From positions 434,001 through 498,000 of the forward strand of contig OZ251229.1 in NCBI GenBank assembly GCA_965240325.2: 64,000 nt of DNA. The letters run 5' to 3'. The position numbers and the translations under genes are program-made. Below the pieces are notes generated by a model. The model was not told the DNA's origin, made no database searches, and worked only from the letters and a program-made list of their open reading frames with translations. Of the stretch, positions 1 to 11,780 are shown piece by piece; position 1 is the first letter of the stretch, and every line of letters starts with the position of its first letter. The DNA comes from Rebecca billardiae RCC1528 (lineage: Eukaryota; Protista; Haptophyta).

Positions 1-131
1 AGGCTTTGTCCGGTCTCGGTGCCACGCAAGGCACCAACAGCGCCGCAGCTTTCGGCGGCAGCTCGGCGCGCGCGGCTCAGGCACCAGCTGCCAACGCTCC
101 TCGCGAGGGGCGCGGTGCGTGGCGGGCAGGC

Positions 132-3100
132 ATGTCGAAGCTCAAGTCTGTGAGCCGTTCCGGCACCGTTGCCTGGTCGACCTCCGCCGAGCGGCCTGGC
201 CTGCTCGCGGCGGGTACGGTCGCGGGCGCGATCGATGACAGCTTTGAGAGCACTGCGCAGCTCGAGATCTTCAACCTCGAGCTGGCCTCGCCGAGCGCGG
301 AGATGCCGCTGCTGGGCAGCGTGACGACGAGCGAGCGCTTCCAGCGGCTCGCGTGGGGTACCGGCGTCGACACCGCCTCGTACCCGCTCGGCGTGCTCGC
401 GGGCGGCATGGTCGACGGCTCGATCAAGATCTTCAACGCAAGCAAGATTGTGGACGGCGCGGAGGGCGAGGCGCTGGTGGCGACGGTGAGCAAGCACCAC
501 GGCCCCGTGCGCGGCCTCGAGTTCAACTGGAACCAGCCCAACCTGCTCGCCTCCGGCGCGTCGGACGCGGACATGTACATCATTGACGTCTCGCAGCCGG
601 CGACGCCGACGTTTTACACCGCGGGCCAGCGCACGGGCGGGCCGGGCGGCGCGGACATCTCGTGCGTGGCGTGGAACCGCAAGGTGCACCACATCCTCGC
701 CTCCACCTCGCACTCGGGCCAGACCGTCGTGTGGGACCTCAAGCTCAAGCGGCCAGTGATCTCGTTCAACGACCCGAACAACAAGACGCAGCGCAACTCG
801 GTCGTGTGCTGGAACCCCGAAGTGGTGCGTGCGTGCGTGTGTGCGTGCGTGCCGCGCGGCGCGGCGGGGAGGTGGCGTGGCGGGACGGCGCGGCGCGAGA
901 GCCCGCCGCTGGGGGTGTCGCACGCACGCCCGCTTGCGCGCCGCGCGCGCCCGCGGGCTCGCGGCGCCGCGCGCGCGCGCGAGGGGTCAGACCACCCACC
1001 CGCTCTGGCCACGCCCGCACGCGCGCCGCGCGCCGCGCGCCGGCTCGCAGGCGACGCAAGTGCTCGTCGCGTCCGAGGACGACCAGTACCCGCTGCTGCA
1101 GATGTGGGACCTCCGCAACGCGTTTGCGCCCGTCGCCGAGCTGCGCGGGCACACGAAGGGCATCCTCGCGGCGTCGTGGTGCCCCTTCGACAACGGCCTG
1201 CTCCTCTCGGCGGGCAAGGACAACCGCACGCTCTGCTGGGACCCGCTGGCCGGGCAGGTCCTGTGCGAGGTGCGGCGGCGCGCCGCGCGCGCGCGGCCTC
1301 CATCGCGCGCCAGCCGGGCAGACGCCGCGCGGCTCGCGCCGTGCAGGCCGCGGCGGCCGCCGCGCCACGCCGGCAGATGTGAGTCTTGTGAAGCTCACTC
1401 TCTCTCTCTCTCGCGTCCGCGCGCGCGCCCGCCCGCACACGCCGCCGCGCGCGCCCGCGCCGCCCGTGCCGCGCAGCTGCCGGCGAGTGCGAACTGGAAC
1501 TTCGACGTGCAGTGGTCGCCGTGCATCCCGGCGGTCCTGTCAACCGGCTCGTTTGACGGACAGGTGGCCGTGTACTCTCTGACGGACTGCGCGCCGCAGG
1601 GCGACGGGTGGACGGGCCACCCGGGCGCGGAGCCGGCGCACGGGATGCGCCGCGCGCCCAAGTGGCTGCAGCGGCCGTGCGGCGCGTCGTTCGGCTTCGG
1701 CGGCCAGCTCGTCACCTTTGCGCCGCAGCCTGCCGCGCCCGGCGCCGCCGCGCCGCGGCCCACCGTCCAGGCGCTCCAGGTGGCCACGGGCTCGGACACG
1801 GTGCAGCGCGCGGCGCAGCTCGCGGAGGCGCTCGAGAGCGGAGACGTGAACACGCTGTGCAAGGCGAAGGTGGAGGCGGCGACGACCGAGTCGGACAAGG
1901 CGGTCTGGGGCCTTCTCGCCGTGCTCTCGTCCGCCGACGCGCGGCAGGAGTTGATCGAATTCCTCAGGCCGGTCGAGGGCGAGGGTGCGGACGCGGCGGC
2001 GGAGCAGGCGGGCCCGACCGACGGCGGCGCCGACGCGGGCGCGTCCGCCACCAACGGCGTGGCGCTCGACGCGGACGCGGCGAGCTCGCTCGCCGCGCTG
2101 GCGCTCGCCGACGGCGGCGCCGAGCTCGCGCCCAGCGCGCCCGCCGCCGCGCCCGCCAAGCCGCCGCGCCCCGCGCCGCCGCCGCCGCCGCCGCCGAGCG
2201 TCGCGCCCGCGCTCGAGGCCAGGCTCCGGCGCTCGCTGGTCGCGGGCTCCTTCGAGACGGCCGTCGACATGTGCGTCGAGCACGGCCACATGGCGGAGGC
2301 GCTGGTGCTCGCCGCGTCGGGCGGCCCCGAGCTGTGGGCGCGCGCTCGTGACATCCTCCTCACCTCGCACCCGGCGCCCTTCATGCGCGTGCTCTCGGCC
2401 GTGGTGCACCAGTCGTTTGGGGAGCTGGTCGCCGAGTCGCCGCTCTCGCAGTGGCGCGAGACGCTGGCGATCCTCAACACGTACGCGGCGGACCACGAGC
2501 TGGCGGAGCTGTGCAACCGGCTGGCGCTGCGGCTGCAGGACGAGGGCGGCGACAAAGAGACGGCAATGCTCTGTTTCATGTGCGCGGGCAACGTCGAAGC
2601 GACCACGCTGCTGTGGCTGGACGCGCTGCGTGGCCAGCTCGACGCGGCGGCGGCCGGCACGGCCGCCGCCGAGCGGCACGCGCCGCTGGTGGCCTTCATC
2701 GAGCGCCTCCTCGTCTTCCGCCGGGTGACGGCGGACTCGGGCGCGGGTGCCCCCGCTGAGGTTCACGAGCGGCTGGCTCAGTACGCGGAGCTGCTCGCCG
2801 CGCAGGGCTCGTTTGCGCACGCTCTCGGCGCGCTGCACGCGTCAGGCGGCGGTGGCACGCCCGACGCGGGCGGCGAGGGCGACGGCACCTCGGCGGAGGT
2901 CGCGCTGCTGCGCTACCGGCTGCACTTCTCGGGCAAGCTGGACATGCGCGGCGTGCAGCCGCCGCCCGCGCCCTTTGCCTTTGTGCATGTCGGCATGGCC
3001 CCGGCGCCGCCCGCGCCCTCGCCGCGCGCGGCGGCCGGCGGCGCGCAGGGCGGGATGGGCGGCGCGCGCCAGCCAACTGGGATGGAGGCGCAGTCTGAGC

Positions 3101-4241
3101 TCTTCGCTCAGCCGCAGGGCGCGGCGGCCGGTGGGATGGGCGCGGCGCAGCCGCAGCCGCGCGCGGCGGGCGCGGGCGGCTACTACGCCCAGCAACAGCC
3201 GGCGCCGAGCGCGCCGCAGCCCGCGTACGGCGGCGGCGCGCAGCAGCCGGGCATGGCGCAGGGCGGAGGCTACGGTGGCGGCGGCTATGGCGCGCCCGCG
3301 CCGCAGCCGCAGCCGGCCGCTGCGTATGGCGGCGGCTACGGTGCGCAGCCACAGCCGCCGGTCGCGGGCGGCTACGGCGGCGCAGGCGCGTACGGCTCGC
3401 AGCCGCAGCAGCCGCCGGCGCAGCCGAGTCCGGGCGGAGGGTACTACGGCCAGCCGCAGCCGCAGCCGCCGCAGCCGCCGCCTGCTCAGCCGGCGCACGC
3501 CTACGGCGCGGCGACCCCCGGTGGGTACGGCGGGGCGCCGGGCTACGGCGCGCAGCCGCAGCACGGCGCGGCGCCCGGCTACGGTGCGCAGCCGCAGCAG
3601 CTGCCGCCGCAGCCCGCCGCGCCGCAGCAGCCGCCGCAGCCGATCAACGTGTTCACACCGGTCGCGCCGCCGCCGTCGCAGCCGGCGTCGCAGCCATCGC
3701 CCGGCCTGCAGCCGACGCCCGCCGCGCCGCCGCAGCCGCCGCCGCAGCCCGCGCCACAGGTGGGCGCTAGAGCGCGCGCGAGCACGTCGCGGGTGGCGCC
3801 CGCGCGCCCGCGCGCGCGAGGGGGCGCGTCGACCGCGCCAACGACCCACCGCGCCCTCGCGCCCCGCGCCCCCGCCCGCCGCGCGCGTCCGCGCGCCGCG
3901 CAGCGCATGGCCGACGCCGACACGTCGCCCGTCACTGGCAACAACCTGGTGGTGGTCCGCACGCTCAACTCGATCATGGATAGCTTGCTCGCGAGCGCGC
4001 CGACGCCGGTGCGCGCGGCGTGCGCCGGCGCGCGCGTGCGCCGCGGCCCCGCGCCGTGCCGCCGCTCACGCCTGCGCCCTCCCGGACCCGCCCGGACTCC
4101 CGGCCTCTCGGCCGGACTATGGGCAGATGGAGAAGCGCAAGCTGGAGGACGTCTCCAAGCGGCTCGGCGCGCTGCTCGTCAAGCTGAACAACAACGACGT
4201 CACGCCCGCCGTGTGCGAGCGGCTGTATCACATCTCGCAGG
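132..4241 (+). CDS. SEC31: COPII coat protein Sec31 (WD40 propeller, ACE1 helical region, Pro/Gln/Gly-rich linker, start of C-terminal helical domain); final exon apparently absent
   Basis: N-terminus MSKLKSVSRSGTVAWS...LLAAGTVAGAIDDSFESTAQLEIF, WD motifs, RAPKWLQRPCGASFGFGGQLVTF, WRETLAIL, C-terminal KRKLEDVSKRLGALLVKLNN. GT-AG introns at about 825-1050, 1270-1476, 3760-3903 and 4009-4126; last donor at 4242. Confidence 0.95.
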
Positions 4242-4339
4242 GTGAGCCGACGGGCCGCGTGCGCCGCGCGTGCACCCCGCGCGCGTGGCCGCGACGGCTG
4301 CGCGTGCGATGGCTGACGCGTGCCCGCCCCGCGCGGCGC

Positions 4340-5950
4340 GCCGACGGCAAGCCGTCGACGACGGCGGCGGGCAAGGCGATCTGGTCGGCGGCCGCGCGCG
4401 GCGCGGGGGCCGACGAGCTCGCGGCCGCCATCGAGGCCGAGCCCGACTGGCGGCACCGCTACCCCGCGCACTGCGTCGCGCTCGCAGAGGCGGCCGCGCG
4501 CTCGCGCGAGGCGGCGATCGGCAGCGCGGCGGCGGCGCTCGAGGCGTTCGAGGCGGCGTTCGTGCTCGAGGGCGGCGATGGGGCGACCGGCGACCAGCCA
4601 CCGGTCGGCCTGCACGCCGCCGTGCGCGCGCGCGTGCAGGACGGCGCCCCGCCGCGCTTCCGCGCGGCGACGGTGCTCCCGGCGCGCGAGCCGCCCGCGC
4701 CGGCGCCGCCGAGCCCCGCGGCCGCGCTCGGCACGGCGGACGTGGTGCACGAGGTGGAGCGGTGGGCGGCGTACGGCGCGGCCGAGCCCTCCGCCGCGCA
4801 GGCCGTGCGCGACGTCTGCGAGCGCCCCGCCGCCGCCTCGTCCGTGCTGCGCTCGCACGTGTTTGTGTGCCTGGGCGGCACGTCCGAGCTGTGCCCCGCA
4901 CGGCCCCTGCTGGCGCTGGGGGGCACCGTGGTGGCGCTGGCGAGGCCGGGGCCCAAGCTGCAGGCGCTGCTGGCGTACGCGCGCGGGGACGCGGGCGCGG
5001 ACGGCGGCGGCTTCGCGCCCTCGCGCGGCACGCTCGTCGTGCCCACGCCCGCCGCCGCCTCCGCTGAGGCGGCGGGGGCGGCGGGGGCGGCGGCGGGTCC
5101 GCTCGAGCGCGCGGGCTGCGACCTGCTGCGCTGCCCCGAGGAGGTGGCGGCGTGGCTGGCCGGGCTGGAGGCCGAGCTGGGCGGCGCGCAGCCGCGCACG
5201 ATGGTGCTCGGCTGCTACGGCTACCTCGACGGCGCGGCGCACTGCGCGCTCAACGCCGCGTGCGATGCGATCGCGTGCGCGCTGCGGGGCGCGCGGCCGC
5301 CCGGCAGCACCGCGCTGGCCACGCTGTGCACGCCCTCCGCGGCCGCGCTGGTGCCGCGCGAGGCGCGCGAGGCGGCGGACGCGGCGCGCGCGCGCGCGCC
5401 GTGGTGGACCGTCGGCGCCTTCCTCGCCCCCTCGTACCGCGGCGCCGCCGCCCCCTCCGGCCTGAGTGTGCTGGACGGCTACTCCACGGTGCAGGGGCCT
5501 TCGTACGCGCTGGCCAAGAAGGCGCAGGAGTGGCGCGCGCTGGCCTGGGGGCGGGGGGCGGGGGCGGGGGGCGGGCGCGCGTGCGCGCTCGTCGCGCCCG
5601 TCGTCCGCTCCGCCTCCGTCACGCACGTCGCCACCGCCGCGTACGCCGTCGAGGGCATGGAGGCGGTGCGGCCGCTGCACGCGCCGCCCGTCGCGCACGC
5701 GGCCGCGGCGCTCGCGCTGCTGCTGCTGCACGCGCTGGCCGAGGACACGCCGCCCCCGGACTACGCGGCGGAGGGGTTCGGCCGGTGCGCGGTGCACTCG
5801 GGGCTGTGGCGCTGCCCCTTCACGCTCGAGAGCGTGGGCACGCTCGCGTACGCGCTCGGCCGGCTCGGCTACCGCGCGCCGCCGCTGCCGCCGCCGCCGC
5901 CGCGCGGCCGCGCCGTGCCCGCCGAGGGCGGCGGCGCTGCCGCCGAGTGA
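4340..5950 (+). CDS. Uncharacterised conserved protein (family I recall from actinobacteria and algae), lacking its own start codon
   Basis: Motifs DGKPSTT, EPDWRHRY, LGGTSELCP, GCDLL, LGCYGYLDG, QGPSYALAKKAQEWRA, VHSGLWRCPF resemble that family from memory. Stop at 5948-5950. First in-frame ATG after 4340 is near 5201. Confidence 0.7.
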   Translation, partial: ADGKPSTTAAGKAIWSAAARGAGADELAAAIEAEPDWRHRYPAHCVALAEAAARSREAAIGSAAAALEAFEAAFVLEGGDGATGDQPPVGLHAAVRARVQDGAPPRFRAATVLPAREPPAPAPPSPAAALGTADVVHEVERWAAYGAAEPSAAQAVRDVCERPAAASSVLRSHVFVCLGGTSELCPARPLLALGGTVVALARPGPKLQALLAYARGDAGADGGGFAPSRGTLVVPTPAAASAEAAGAAGAAAGPLERAGCDLLRCPEEVAAWLAGLEAELGGAQPRTMVLGCYGYLDGAAHCALNAACDAIACALRGARPPGSTALATLCTPSAAALVPREAREAADAARARAPWWTVGAFLAPSYRGAAAPSGLSVLDGYSTVQGPSYALAKKAQEWRALAWGRGAGAGGGRACALVAPVVRSASVTHVATAAYAVEGMEAVRPLHAPPVAHAAAALALLLLHALAEDTPPPDYAAEGFGRCAVHSGLWRCPFTLESVGTLAYALGRLGYRAPPLPPPPPRGRAVPAEGGGAAAE

Positions 5951-7803
5951 CGCTCCTGCCGAGTGCCGCTCCTGCCGCTCCTCCTCGCAGCGGCACAGAA
6001 CTCAGAAGCGACTGGCGGTCGGAGTGGTCCGCACCGGCGCGCCGCGACGCGGGCACGTCGGTGCCCGAGGCGCCAGCGGCGGTCCCGCAGCCCAGACACA
6101 TCATGGACAGCGGTGTGATCATCAACGATGGGCAGCTCCGCGCCATTCGACGTCAGACAAGGAGTCGGCACTCACTCGGACTCTCACTCACGGTGCAACT
6201 CTGTCGGGCCGTCGGGCGTCCGGCAGTCGTACTCGGTACTATGGCAGTCGGGCACTCTCGAGTCTCACGGCGGGCGGAGTCGGCGGCTGCGGGTGCCACT
6301 CGCATCTGGCAGGCAGCATCATCGGGCCCGCGGCGGGCCCGGGGCGCCCGGGCCTCTGTGTCATCGTCACATTCACGTCAACGTGACTCCGGTGACTCGT
6401 GACTCGTGAGTCCGCGCGCTTCAGACGTCTCCGGCCTACGGCCGAGCACTAGCCAGCCGATCAGTCTACTAGTAATACTACTACTAGCTGAGGACAGTAC
6501 GGTCCGTGATTCATACTGGCTACTGCCGTGATGACGGCGATTCTGAATCTGAGTCTTCTGATGAGTTCATCATCAGTCTGATGTATTCTGTTCGGATGCG
6601 CGTGCACTGAGTCTGATCACTGATGTCCGCGGACTGATGAATCGGCCAATCGGCAATCGCCAATTCGGGGATTGAACTTAAGTTATAAGTAGCCGTACGT
6701 ATAGCTCGACAGACAAAGAATAATTGAGAATAGGATTCAACTAGTCTGAAGTTACGACGCGCGCGACGACTATATCGATTATAGTGGGGTCAGAGCTCCG
6801 ACCGTTACACTCCCGGGTGCCACAATCTCCCGAAATCTCTTAGCATGAGCTATCACATGGGTATTTACTTGGACGAACTAGTTAGTAGTTAGTAGGCGTT
6901 AAGGCTTAATTCCAGGGTGTAGAATCCGCCTGGCCCTGTGCCAATTTCAGACTGCCAAAATGTGATCTAGACGGTGCGATTCTGGTGCACATAGCGAGAT
7001 CACCTTGGAGATCGTGTATCATATCTCCCCTACTTAATGTTGCCGAGATCGCGTCGAGATTGAGGTCGTATATCTCCAGTAGGTGACATTTTTTCGCAAA
7101 ACTTGTCAGCGTGACCCCAGCTCATTTCAGGCGAATATTGACATCCCGAAGTTTGAGAGCCTCATCTCAAGACGACAGGAAGTTGGATTTTGGGCCACGC
7201 ACCCCCCAGTGGGGCTCTGACTGACCGGCCCTCTATATCGAAGATCGAATATAAGAGACGTGCGCACACAGCTCAGGCAGGCGAGATTGACGCACAGTCA
7301 GCCGACCGGCCCGATGGGCCGAGCCCGATGGCCGATCAGGCGATCACGAAATCATGATGCTCTGTTGCCTCTGTTCCCCTCAGACCCTCAGTCACAGAAT
7401 CGCAGCAGATCATGCTCGGCCTGATGTTGTTGGCTGTCTGCGTGTACACGAACAGCGATGGCCAGCTCAACGCGAGCACTTCTCCGGGCGTGACGGAATG
7501 CGTCTCCGTGCGCACCTCTTCTGCCGCTTGCGAAAGACCCGTTGCACGGGTGAGTAACCGTGAGCGTATGAAAAAACGACATGCGTATGAAATGTCGGTT
7601 TTGTCACTCGCGCTGCCGCATGGCTGACGCCCGCGCCGATCCGAGCGGAATGGGGCATTGCGAAGCCGATTCGCAATGCCCCAATCCAATCGGCATGTCA
7701 ATCGACCCAACCGTCGCTGAGAACGAACGACAAAACCCAAGGCAGGTGCCCACCAAGGCCCGCGCGCCAGCAGCGTGAACGCGCGGTCGCGCAGAGGTGG
7801 CCA

Positions 7804-8497
7804 ATGCAGAAGGCATCAGCCAATGCTGCTGCCTTCGGCAAGCGCGCCACCTCAGCGTCAGCATCGGGTGGGACCGTGACGATATATGCCCTGGATGCGG
7901 CTCCAGCCAAACGCCCTCGACACGGGGAGCCGCCATCGGCAGCGAGCGCGCCACGGATACATACACGTGCTGTCCTCGTGAACGAGGATTCAGGAGACGA
8001 GGCGCCGGCGGCTCGGCCCGCGATGCGCAGGCAGGCTGGAGTGGCTCACGCTGCGATCGCGTGTACGGGTACAGAAGGCGTGCGCACGCAACAACACCGC
8101 CTACGTGAAGCGCGTGGGCAAGCTGCTGAAGCTCTCACGATGCGTGCGCGCCTTCCTTCTCACCTCTGCGCTCGCCGACCGCTGCCTTCCGCGCGGCAGA
8201 CAGGGGACACCTGCCACCTGGCGCGCACGACGCAGCGTGTAACGCAGAAGGTGGTAGATCCGCTGCCACGCTCCCGCTGCCGCTGCTGCCGGCGGCAGCG
8301 GCATGCCCGAGGCGGCGACGGTGACTATCACTGCCAAAGTGTCGTTTTTTCGGCGCTCACGCGTGCAACTGGTGGAAAGCACTGCGAGGGCAGCGAAGCG
8401 CGCGCCGCTGCTCAGCACGCGCTCGGCGCTCCAGAGGCGGACGAGAATCGACGATGAGAATCTCGTCGTCTGGCGGGTGAAAAAGAAAAACTCATAA
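7804..8497 (+). other. Possible short or degenerate coding region of unknown function
   Basis: Protein-like stretches in two frames (MQKASANAAAFGKR...; MPEAATVTITAKVSFF...VVWRVKKKNS) with no recognisable domain. Confidence 0.2.
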
Positions 8498-8700
8498 TCT
8501 CTCGCGAAAAACATGATGGGCCCCTGTTTTTCCGCGCGCCGGGTGTGCGCACCCGCAGCTTGGCAGCCCAGCCCGACTGAGGCACCTCCACGCTGCTGCG
8601 CGTCTCGCGAGGGCGTCGTCTCTCTCCCCGAGGCCTCGCGGCGGCCGGGCGCTGCTTTGCGCGCGTGGCGTCGTCGTCGCGCGTCGGCGCGGCCGGAGGC

Positions 8701-10826
8701 ATGCAGCAGTTCGCCGCGGAGATCCGCGAGGCGCCCGTCCCCGTCGTCGCGCTCGTCGGCGAGGACGACGTGCAGCAGCGCATCGCGCAGCTGCGCGCGA
8801 GCTGGCCCAAGCCGCCCGCCACGGACGCGCTCGGCGAGAGCGAGGTGCTCACGCCGCGGTACACGTCGCTCGACCCGTCGGGGCCGGCGCCGTCGGCGCG
8901 GCGCGAGGTCGAGCTCGCCGCGGAGCGCTCGCTCCAGCCCGCGCCGCTGCTCAAGGACGGCTGGTGGGCGAAGCACGCGCACGCGGTGCCGGGCGCGATC
9001 GGCGTGCTCTGCCGCTGGGGGCCATCGACCGACCCCGAGGCGCTGGTGGCGAGGGTCGCGGCGGCGCGCGCGCGCGTGCGGCCCAACTGCCGCGCCCTCG
9101 CCGTGCTCGTCCTCGAGCCCTCCGCCGCCGCCGCCTCGCCGCCGCCGAGCGCGGCCGCGCTGCTGGGCGGCGACGAGCGCGTCGCGCAGCTGCGGCGCGG
9201 CGCCGATCTCGAGCCGTCGGCGGTGGTGGCGCTGGTGCTGGGCGGGGCGGCGGCGGAGGTGCGCGCGTCGGTGCAGCAGCTCGACCGCGCGCTCCTCGAC
9301 GCCGCCGACGCGTACTACGCCTCGCGCCACCGCCGCGCGCGCCGCGAGCGCGAGCTGTGCGCGCGCCCGTCGGCACTCGCCATTCGGTACGAGATCAAGG
9401 CGGCGTTTGCGGCGCACGCGCGCCGCGACCTGGGCTCGGCGGAGCGCGCGTACCGCGAGGCGCTCGGCTCGGTCGCGGACGCGCTGCGCGCGCGGTTCGC
9501 GCCGCTGCCGCCCGGCGCGCCCCGCCCCGCGCCGCCGCCGCCGCTCGCCCAGCTCAGCGTGTGCTCGCTCAAGGCGTGCGCCGAGCTGTGCGCGCTGCAG
9601 CGCACTCGCATCCTGCTGGGCGCGGGGCGCGCGTCCGACGCGGTGGCGGGGTGGCAGTGGCACGCGCGGCTGTTCGAGCGGCTGCGCGGGGACGACGCGT
9701 CGCCGCACGACTGCTCGCACCGCCCGGAGCTCGGCGCCGCGCACTGCCTCTGGCTCGCGCGCGGCCACCAGGCGTTCGGGACTCTGCTGCGCGCACACGA
9801 GGGCCGCGCGCTCGCGGCGCTGGCGGCGCGCGCGCCCGACGACGGCTCGGCGCCGCCGCGGCCGCCGCCGCCGTGCCCGCCGTGGCACGAGCCGAGCTTG
9901 CACTTTGAGCGCGCGGCGGCGTGCGCGCGCGAGCGCCGCGCCTACCTCCCCGCCCAGCGCGCGCTCGAGGACTCGGCGCTCATCGTCGAGCTGCTCGCGG
10001 CCGCGGCCGACGGGCAGCGCGCGCGCGGCCGGCAGCGCAGCGCGCTCGCGCTCGGCGCGCAGCTTGCGGACGAGTACGTGGCGGCGGGGAACGTGGGGAT
10101 GGCGGCGGCGCTGTACGAGCGCGCGCTGCGCGCGTACCTCCGCGACGGCTGGGCCGCCGCCGCGCGCCACGCCGCCAGCCGGCTGCAGGCGTGCAGCGCC
10201 TCGCTCGGCCAGCTGCCGCAGTGGGCGCACGCGACCGCCGCGCTGCTGCCCGCCGCGCTCAGCGCTCGGCCGGCCGAGGGCGCGCGCGCGTTCGCCGCGC
10301 TGCGCGCGCTGGCGACGGGCGGGGGCGGGGGCGAGGGCGGCGGCGCGGCGGCGGCGCACCCGCTCGCGCCCGAGCCCGACGCCTTCGCCATCGGCGACGA
10401 CGCCGACGCCGCGCCGCTCGTGCCGCCGACGCTGCCGCCGCTGCGCGCGCCGCTCACGCTTCCGCCCGAGCTCGGCGCCGCGGCCGCGCGCGCGCTCGTG
10501 CGCTGGGAGCCGCCGAGCGCGCCGCCGGGCGCGCGCGTGAGCCTGCACGTGCAGCTGCGCTGGCTGGGCGCGAGCGCGGTGCGCATCGACGAGGTCCGCG
10601 CGCGCACCACCGCCGGCCTCCTCGACGTCTCCCGCCGAGATGTCGATCTGGGAGATGTCGATCTGCGAGATCGCGATCTGGCGGGCGCCGGCGCGCGGCC
10701 GGGCGCGCGCGCGGCCGCGCTCCGCTGGGACGGGCTGCGCATGCCCGAGCTGGGCGCGGCGGGCGGCGAGGACGGGTCGGGCGCGCCCGCGGCGGTGCGC
10801 GTCGAGGCCGTCGAGCTCGTCCTCGG

Positions 10827-10857
<31 letters not shown>

Positions 10858-11713
10858 CGCGCGTGCGTCGTGCTGCGCGCCGAGTTGGCTTGCGCTGTCG
10901 ACGAGCGCGTGGCGCGCGCGGAGGGCGCGGCTGACGCGCTCGCGCTGAGCGCCGCCGAGCCCGAGCCCGACGCCGCGCTGGAGTGCTCGCACCCCGAGCT
11001 CGTGCTCGAGGGCGAGCGCGCGCCCGTGCGCGTCACGGTGCGCTCCCTCGGCCGCGCGCTCGCCGCCGCGCGGCTGCGCGTGACGCCTGTCGCTGCGGAT
11101 GAGGGCACGCTGGCGCCGCCCACGCCCACCTCACCCGCCGCGGGCGCGGGCGCGGCGCCGCCGTGGCTCGCGCTGCCCGCCGCGGCGCAGCACGCGCGGC
11201 CCGCCGCGGCGTCCGCATCCCCGCGCCCCGCCGCCGCCGCCGGCGCGGCCTCGCCCGCCTCGCCCACGCCGCCCAAGCCGCCGCCAGGCCCCGGCGCCGC
11301 GCCCGAGCTCTCGCTGCGCGCGCGGCCGAGCGCGCCGCTGTGCGCGGCCGAGCCCGTCGAGCTGGGGCCGCTCGGGCCGGGGGAGAGCGCCGACGTCGAG
11401 CTGCTCGTGTGCTCCGCCGCGCCGGGGCGCGTGCGCTGGTCCCTGGCGCTCGAGTACACGTGCGCCGCCGCCGCTGCTCCCGGCGGCGCTGCGCGCGCGG
11501 ACGCGCGGGCGCGCTCGGTCGAGCTGTCCGCTGAGACCAAGTGCGCGGCCGCGCTCGAGGTGCGGTGCGCGCTGCAGCCGCCGCCGGACGCGGCGCAGAC
11601 GAGCGCGCTGCCGCAGGGCGCGGCCGCCGCGCTCGCGTGCACCGTCGAGTGCATCGCGCCCGCCGGCGTCGAGCTCGAGCTGCTCAGCGCGCACTGCGAC
11701 CTTGACGGCCTCA

Positions 11714-11780
<67 letters not shown>

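Noticed and set aside
6808-7211. Possible degenerate TIR element (CACTCCCGGGTGCC... / ...GCACCCCCCAGTG)
   Set aside because: The ends match too poorly, and no target duplication or second full copy is evident.
7336-7740. Short ORFs such as MLGLMLLAVCVYTNSDG
   Set aside because: No recognisable domain, atypical codon composition, and several competing frames.
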